Of a DNA stretch of 57,892 bases, positions 50,798-57,892 are shown piece after piece (within the stretch, counting starts at the first letter, position 1; each line of letters opens with the position of its first letter). The translations under genes were made by a program, and so were the position numbers. The DNA lies in the NCBI RefSeq assembly GCF_004010195.1, contig NC_057718.1:29133891-29191782 (forward strand), written 5' to 3'. This DNA comes from Chiloscyllium plagiosum (lineage: Eukaryota). Under the pieces are notes generated by a model. It saw only the letters and a program-made list of their open reading frames with translations, had not been told where the DNA came from and did no database searches.

Positions 50798-51405
50798 TCT
50801 CACAAAGCTGGTTCCTTATTTTAAAAAAGCTGTTACTTTTCTCAAGGATACGGTGTCCATGCTTTTTTTCAGAGCAGTTACAAACCAGCTCCCAGTTCCG
50901 ATTAGACTGGTTTGGTACAGAGATTAAAGAGTATTGAAAGGCCTTTTTGTTTACATGAAACTTCAGGCCAAAGTGGTCATGTTTTAGAAGTGAACTGTAT
51001 AACAAAAAGGGAATGGTCGGCTCTCTAGCTGAGCAGTTCAGTCCAGAACTAGTTCGGAGTTCAGCAGTGAGCTTTGTGAAAACTCTCTCTCCTTCTGCCC
51101 TTCTAACTTCAACCTATAAGCATTTGCCCCACGTTCAATGTTTTTTTAAAGGGGGTTTGCTTATTGGGACCATTATGTATATTCAGAACAGCATAATTAA
51201 GTCTAGTTCTGCAGGGTAGACCGAGTTCTGCAGGGGGTCTGTATTCTGTTCTTTGTGTTTCATTATATAATTTTGTGGATAAACTTCTGTCTGTTTAGCT
51301 TACTCCAGGTAATTTTCATTGTACACTTATCAAAACAAATTGCAAAGTTATGATCTGGGTTGCATGTTGAAGAATGTTTTGAACATTCTGGCCTAGTCCA
51401 TAACA
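50798..51405 (+). repeat. 3' LTR of the Gypsy element
   Basis: Follows the PPT; TCTCACAAAGCTG...CCATAACA. Confidence 0.9.
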
Positions 51406-52976
51406 CAGGTGAGGTGCCGGAAGACTGGAGGTTGGTTAACATGCTGCCACTATTTAAGAAAGATGGTAAAAGCCAGGGAACTATAGACTGATGAACCTGA
51501 CATCAGTGGTGGGCAAGTTGTTGGAGGGAGTCCTGAGGGACAGAATTTACATGTATTTGGAAAAGCCAGGACTGACTTGGGATAATCAACATGGCTTTTT
51601 TTGTGTGGGAAATCACATCTCACAAAATTGATTGAGTTTTTTGAAAAAGTAACAAAGAGGATTGTTGAGGGCAGAGCAATGGATCTGATCTATATAGAGT
51701 TCAGTAAGACGCTAGACAAGGTTCCCCATGGGAGACTGGTTAGCAAGGCTAGATCCCATAGAGTACAGGGAGAACTAGCCTTCTGCATATAGAACTGGCT
51801 CAAAGTTAGCAAACAGAGGGTGGTGATGGAGGATTGATTTTCAGACTGGAGGGCTGTGACCAGTGGAGTGCCATAAGGATTGGTGCTGGATCCACTACTG
51901 TTCATCATTTATATAAATGATTTGGATGTCAGCATAAGAGGTACAGTTAGTAAGTTTGCTGATGACACCAAAATTGAAAGTGTAGAAGATAGTGAAGGAG
52001 GTCACCTCAGAGTACAGCAGGATCTTAATCAGATTGTCCAGTCGGCTAAGGAGCGGCAGATGGAGATTAATTTAGATAAATGTGAGGTGCTGCACTTTGA
52101 AAAGCAAATCAGAGCAGGACTTATCTACTTAATGGTAAGGTACTGGGAAGTGTTGCTGAACAAAGAGATCTTGGAATGTACGTTCATAGTTCCTTGAAAG
52201 TACAGTCACAGGTAGATAGGATAGTAAAGAAAGTCTTTGGTATGCTTTCCTTTATTGGTCAAACTATCAAGTATAGGAGTTGGGAGGTCATGATGCGGCT
52301 GTACAGGACTTTGGTTAGGTCTCGTTTGGAATATTGCATGCAATTCTGGTCACCTTCCTATCAGAAGGATGTTCTGAAACTCGAAAGGGTTCAGAAAAGA
52401 TTTACAAGGATGTTCCTAGGTTTGGAGGATTTGGGCTACAGGGAGAGGCTGAATAGACTAAGGCTGTTTTCCCTGGAGTGTCAGAGGCTGAGGGGTGACC
52501 TGATAAAAGTTTATAACATCATGAGGGGCATGGGTAGGGTACATAGACAAGGTTTTTTTCCCACCTGGGCTGGGAGAACTAGAGGGCATAGACTTAGGGT
52601 GAGATGGGAAAGATATAAAAGGGACTTAAGGACAACCTTTCATGCAGAGGATGGTGCATGTATGGAATGAGCTGCCAGAGGAAGTGGTTGAGGCTGGTAC
52701 AATTATACCATTTAAAAGGCATCTGGATCGGTATATGAATAGGAAGGGTTTTGAGGGATATGGACCAAGTGCTGGTAAATTGGACGAGATGAGGTTATGA
52801 TACATGGTTGGCATGGATGAGTTGGACCAAAAAAGGTCTGTTTCCTTGCTGTACATCTCTATGACTCTAAATACAGTTCTCTAATGTAGTGCCTAAGAAC
52901 TAGCTTTTACATACTAATTATAGACAAGAGTCTTACCATTTTGGTGCCAGAGTCACGTGATCAGTAACATTTTATT

Positions 52977-53024
52977 GAATTACATGAACCTCATTCTATC
53001 GAATTACATGAACCTCATTCTATC
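52977..53024. repeat. Perfect 24-bp tandem duplication
   Basis: GAATTACATGAACCTCATTCTATC x2. Confidence 0.95.
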
Positions 53025-54039
53025 GGCCCACTGCTCTATATTAAGAATGGTAATTCCTTTCCTTTCCTCTCCTTCTTCCATTTACCAGGCAAGTCACCAA
53101 AAATTGAGGTCCTTCATTAAACAAAAAAAAATAAACAATACTCTTGCTATGAACTTACATAATCATTACATAATGTTCACTTAGAATTTATTTATCAAAT
53201 CACAGTATACATATATTTTCAATATATCAGCTTATGTTATCATGCAAAAAAAAGCCTGTATTTTTGACAAAAATAAATAATTACATCAAAAGCAAAATGG
53301 CAGCCAAGTGCACTGTAGTGAGGTTCTATTATGTGAAATACAAGTTTCTATAGCTTTGTTCCCATCACAGATTCTGAAAAGGATGCTTCAGGAAAGAAGG
53401 TGGGGATATGATGTTGGGAGTAAGACAGCAGGAGAGGGGAAGGGAAGGAAAGGAGAAGGGAACATAACATTTGCTTAGCAAGCAAAAATTATAGGCATTC
53501 ACCTAAAAGACATATTTCATCGCTGGCCGTTAATTGTGGAATGGATCGTTTATTTCATCAAAGACGAAAGCTTATTACTAAGAGCAAAATAATTAACTTC
53601 ATTTTGTTCATTTCTTGTAATGCTATTGTTCTGCAAATATTTAAAATTAGGGGATAAAACCAGCAGTCTATGATGAGCAACATTAGCAGTCTCTAGGCAA
53701 TTATCTATCTAAGTGCCTTATAGTGTACAATTACTCCATCTGTGCAGTCTGTCAAGCATTGGGTCCTTGTGACATATATTCAGAGGAGCAAAGGTATAAA
53801 AATGGGTCAAAAGCGTTCACAAAAATTGCTCAAGGAAATCAGAATGCATTTTGCATAATTTAATCAATGTTCAAAAACAAATTGGAGTAGAATGGAAGCT
53901 CTTTATATGTATTGAAAAACCTTCTGGTTAAAAAGTGTTCACTGACATTATTTAGAGAGAGGGAAGCTCTTACATATCATGTCAGATCAGTGGTAGATTC
54001 CAGAGAAGGCATTACATATGGTTTAAAGTATAAATCTGG

Positions 54040-54915
54040 ACAAAGGAACTAAAGGCATTCTTGCTAAGTTTACAGGTGACCACAAAGACAGGTGGAGGGA
54101 CAGGTAGTGATGAGGCTGCAGAAGAACTTGGACATGCTATGAGAGTGTATTCTGCTGCAACTTCTTTCCACAAAGTGGCAAAGTGTGAGATTATAGATTT
54201 TAGTAGGAAGAATAGAGGCAGTGACTGTTTTCTAAACTGGGAAAGGCTTTGGAAATCTGAAGCACAAAAGGACTTGGGAGTTCTACGTCAGGATTCTCTT
54301 CAGGTTAACATGCAGGTTCACTTGGCAGTTAGAAAGGCAAATGTAATGTTGACATTCATTTCAAAAGGACTAAAATACAAAGAGTAAAGATGTGTACATG
54401 AGTATAAGGCTTTGGTCAGAGAGCAATGGAATATTGAGCAGTTTTGAGCTCTATCTAAGATATAAAAGAGATTCTCGTGTTGGAGGGGATCCTGAGGACA
54501 TTTACAAAAATGATCCCAGCAATGAAGACTTGTGGTTCATGACTGGGAGTCTGTACTCAATGGAGTTTAGAAGGATGAAGCGAATGTGACTGAAACCTAC
54601 AAGATACCTGGATAGCGTGTACAAGATGTTTCCAATAGCGGGAGAGACTAGGATCTAGGGACACAGCCTGAGATGAAGGACTGACCCTTTAGAACTGAGA
54701 TGTGGAGGAATTTCTTCAGCCAGAAGACTGTGGAGGCCAAGTCATTAGTTTATTTAAGACAGGGATAAATAGGTTCTTGATGAGTGAGTGGATCAAGAGT
54801 TATAGAGACAAGGCAGAAGAATGGGGTTGAGAAACACATATCAACCAAGATCAAAGAGCAGAGCAGACTCAATGGGCTGAATGGCCTAATTATGCTATTA
54901 TATCTTATGGTTTTA
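54040..54915 (+). mobile_element. Old CR1 3' region
   Basis: QKDLGVL..DSLQVNMQVHLAVRKANVML; tail ATGGGCTGAATGGCCTAATT.TGCT..TATATCTTATGG. Confidence 0.85.
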
Positions 54916-54959
54916 TATCCAAGGGCTGGTTTACAGTGATGTTAAATGGAGAAATAATT

Positions 54960-55520
54960 ATGAACAGAGGACTAAGGAGGAAAATAGGCCATTTAATCAT
55001 TCATGCCTGCTTCACCATTTAATACAACTGTGGCTGATTGGTTGTGGACTCAGGTCTACTTTCGCCATTGCTTCCCCCAACAACCCCTACTCTTCACTCC
55101 TTTGTATATGAAAAGTGGAGCTAACTTACCCTTGAATATAGCCAATGAACCATTTCCCAAAGAAAAAAATGCAGATTAACGATGGCTTATTCTTAAACTG
55201 TGTCACCTAGTTTTAGACTCCCTGTCAAGGGGGAGTATTCTCTCAGGACCCACCCTGTCAATCCCCTCAGGATTTGTGCATCTCAATTAGATGACCTATC
55301 ATTCTTCCAATTCCAATGGGTAAAGACCCAATCTGTTTGCCCTTTCTTCACAAGGTAAGGTTTTCATCCCAGAAATGAGTTGAGGAAATCTTCGCTGAAC
55401 TGTTTTTAACACAATCACATCCTTTTCACAAATAAAAAAAATAAAATTCTAACAGTACTCTGTACGTGGTCTCACCAAGGTCCCATGCAGCTGCAGTAAA
55501 GTTTCCCCACTCTTAGGCTC
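54960..55520 (-). mobile_element. Old CR1 3' region
   Basis: Reverse tail GGAGGAAAATAGGCCATT..CCTGCT.CACCATTTAAT...TGGCTGAT; ACAGTACTC..CGTGGTCTCACCA. Confidence 0.75.
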
Positions 55521-55759
55521 TATTCCCTGTGTTGTCGCATACCCCATTTAAATTATTGCATATTAATAGATTAATTGTAGCTTTTAAAATAGAATATGCG
55601 TGGAGATTCAGAAAAGCTCAGTATACAATAAGTCCTCACTTCCAGTTCTGAAAATCGATACTTTAACTGAATCACATGATCTCACACCAAATCAATATTA
55701 AAACCAGTGTTAGGTTTTTTTTTTGTATGTCACTCAGTCACATACAGGCTCATAGTATG

Positions 55760-56150
55760 GGGTAACAAACCAGAATGGACAGAATGTTGGCTGGCTGGCA
55801 GGATGTGAAAATTGAAGTCTCACGGGGTCTGTGTTGAACCCTCAACATTTTTCAGTTTATATCAATGATTTATGAGGGGCATTTTGACTGAATTTGCAGA
55901 TGATATAAAGATAGATAAGCAAAATGTTGCAAAGTTGATATAACAAGGATGCAAACTAACATAGATTAAATGAATGAACAAAAATCTAGCAGATGGAAGA
56001 AAATGTGGTAAATCTAAACTTGTTTGCTTTGACAGCAAGAACATAAAGGTAGACTATTATTTACTTAGTAAATGACTGCAGAATTGTGAGTTGATAAGAG
56101 GTCTAGGTGTTCTAGTGCATGCATTCAAAATGTTAATACGCAGGTACAGT
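55760..56150 (+). mobile_element. Old CR1 RT fragment
   Basis: TTTATATCAATGATTT...AATTTGCAGATGAT (YIND and FADD motifs). Confidence 0.75.
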
Positions 56151-56664
56151 AGTGAGGATACTGGTCGAGTCTTTATTTATATATGCAAGTCCAGATTTAG
56201 GTTTCTGGAACTCCTTTACCCAAACAATATGTGAACCATTTGCCTGAACCTACCTTATTTGAATGAAGACACAGATTATGTAGTCACGTGGCCCTGAGCT
56301 CCCCTTCTCACATGGTGCATTCACAAATGCATTTAATTAACTTGGTTTACCCATCTAAAGTAGGTTTTAAAAAAAACATACAACCAAAGGCCTCCAAGCA
56401 CACCATTCTCAAACTTATTTCCAAATCCTCAGTAAACACTAGGACCTTTCCTTCTTATATTCTTTAAAGCTGCAGAAAAACCAACTCAGAAGAAAACCTA
56501 CAAGCAAACACTCAATATTTTTAAGCTTACTTATCTTCATGAAATGCCATGCCTGTGATAGTGCAGTATAGAGTCAGGGAGTGGTAAGGAGACTTGATAT
56601 GAACTTTAATCTGAGATATCTGAGATATGATAAACGTATGGGTGGGGGGTGGGGGGTTGGGAAT

Positions 56665-56810
56665 CAGTGAGCTCACTCAGCTGGACTGCTTTGCAGAGTA
56701 AGGGCGACAGCACAGGTTTAATTCTCATTTCTGCTGTCTTTTCAACCTTACCCCTCACCCAAGGCACTGGACCCTCAGGATAAACTCACCAGCCCTCTGG
56801 AACAATGGCG
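56665..56810 (+). mobile_element. Degenerate tRNA-derived SINE (third family)
   Basis: CAGCACAGGTTTAATTC B-box-like sequence followed by TCAACCTT.CCCCTC.CC.AAGG...GACCCTCAGG.TAAAC. Confidence 0.45.
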
Positions 56811-57179
56811 ACTGAAATAACTGCACAGAGGTTGGGTACCGTCACCAAGTGACCCTTTATTTACTACTGCACAGTACACTCGCTGTGGACTGACTCCAAG
56901 CTGGCTGGCCACAACTGAGGAGATTTTAATCTCTTGTTTATAATATTTATTAAACAAATTACAAAACAAAACAATTTACAAAAATCAGTTAACATTTACA
57001 GCTGTATGCAACAGCAATTTTACAAGAGAGAGGAGCAGCAAAGCCAGACCCCAAACCCTACCATTCAACCAGTTTACAGGGAGATGAAGACAAACCTCAA
57101 ATCCCAATTTCACATATAAAAGACAGTGACAATGACATTTGTACATAAAAAGGAAAATCCAGTTACATAAACTGGTGCA

Positions 57180-57892
57180 TACGATACAGACCCAGCAAGC
57201 CCCCGTCCCTCCCACCTTCCAGCCACTCTGAGGCAGCTCGCCCCTACGCAACTTCCAGCTCTCGGTCCACCCTGACACCTTTCGACCACCTCCAAGACAG
57301 CCTGCCCAGGGTTACAGCGGTCAGGACAGCCTACCCACCTTCCGGCTTCACTAACCACCCTCAGCACCTTTCGACCACCTCTGGGGTAGCCCGCCCCGGT
57401 ACCTGCCCGGGGTGACAGCGCTGAGGACGGCTACCTGCCTTTTGGCTCTCGGTCTACCCCTACGTACCATTGGGCTCTCACCCACCCTGATGCACCATCC
57501 GGCCAGTGGGCTATCCTGGCTAACCTTCCGGCCACCTCTAGGACAGCCCGTCCCCTTCCCTGGGACGACAGCGTGCAGGATAGCCCACAAACCTTCTGGA
57601 TCTCAGCCTGCCCCTACACACCTCTGGCTCTCGGCTGCTCTGACACACCTTTCAACCACCTCTAGGACAGCCCGCCCGATTACCCCTTCTCGGGACGATA
57701 GTGCTCAGAACGACCTACCCATCATCTGGCTCTCAGGGCGACTGGCATCAGGGTGGCCTACCCACCCTCCAGCTTTCGGGACAGCCTACCAACCTTCAGG
57801 TTCACAGGATAGCTACCCACCCTCCAGCTCTCGTCGTGACAGCTTTCAGGATGACACATGAGCCTCCCAGCTCACAGCAAGGCCTGCCAGAC
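57180..57892. repeat. C-rich complex tandem repeat array, runs off the window end
   Basis: A subunit of about 24 nt (GGACAGCCTACCCACCTTCCGGCT) recurs, along with a higher-order motif CACCTTTCGACCACCTCTAGGACAGCCCGCCC at about 57277, 57365, 57522 and 57646. Confidence 0.8.

Larger units (their letters stand above)
46152..51405 (+). mobile_element. Ty3/Gypsy LTR retrotransposon, Gmr1-like (gag-PR-IN-RT-RH order), defective provirus
   Basis: Two LTRs, 4-bp TSD CAGG (46148-46151, 51406-51409), degenerate tRNA-Pro-like PBS TGGGGACTC (46751), PPT AAGGGAGGAGG (50787-50797). PR LRDTG near 48215; IN C-terminal FSGPY near 49000; RT PIKQHPYR, DLLRGYWQ and YIDD; RNase H KVAINASDVGVGAV. Confidence 0.93.
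43200..52868 (+). mobile_element. Near-full-length CR1/HER1 LINE (5' UTR, ORF1 zinc finger plus SGNH esterase, ORF2 APE-RT), inactivated and interrupted by a Gypsy provirus
   Basis: ORF1 from ATG 43663: ..SSCQMWE..YVCRKC, VLGDSLVRG, IGTNDIG, DGLHLNWKG. ORF2: GWGVAFLIK, GLYYRP, DLLLGN, KSPGSDQVYPR, KFADDTK, LEYCMQFWSP. TCTATGAC tail. Many stops and frameshifts. Confidence 0.92.

Noticed and set aside
57180..57892. CRISPR-like appearance and the 149-aa ORF 57412..57861
   Set aside because: The repeats are degenerate with no unique fixed-length spacers and no cas genes, in a vertebrate context. The ORF is a by-product of GC-rich repeats.

Overview
This is eukaryotic, repeat-rich vertebrate DNA. 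It is almost certainly from a shark (elasmobranch), judged by the HE1-type SINEs, HER1/CR1 LINEs and SacSINE1-type Deu-SINEs. The window lies inside a TTC7A orthologue on the minus strand. Three coding exons of 105, 118 and 58 nt (28654-28758, 5135-5252, 2696-2753) have canonical AG/GT ends and splice in frame into a TPR-region peptide matching my recollection of human TTC7A exons 11-13. The rest is intron, mostly decayed transposons: many CR1 copies, a second LINE family, an RTE LINE, three SINE families and a Tigger-like MITE. There is also a Gmr1-type (integrase-before-RT) Gypsy provirus nested in a near-full-length CR1, and several Penelope-like elements carrying minimal hammerhead-ribozyme motifs. 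The most notable structure is a TSD-flanked 156-bp near-perfect hairpin with two opposed hammerheads, of which only the copy antisense to TTC7A is intact. RFX X-box, AP-1 and HNF4/DR1 motifs occur in unique intronic DNA. I found no convincing novel protein-coding system, and most ORFs in the supplied track are transposon remnants or noise. All family assignments are from memory of consensus motifs, not from database searches.
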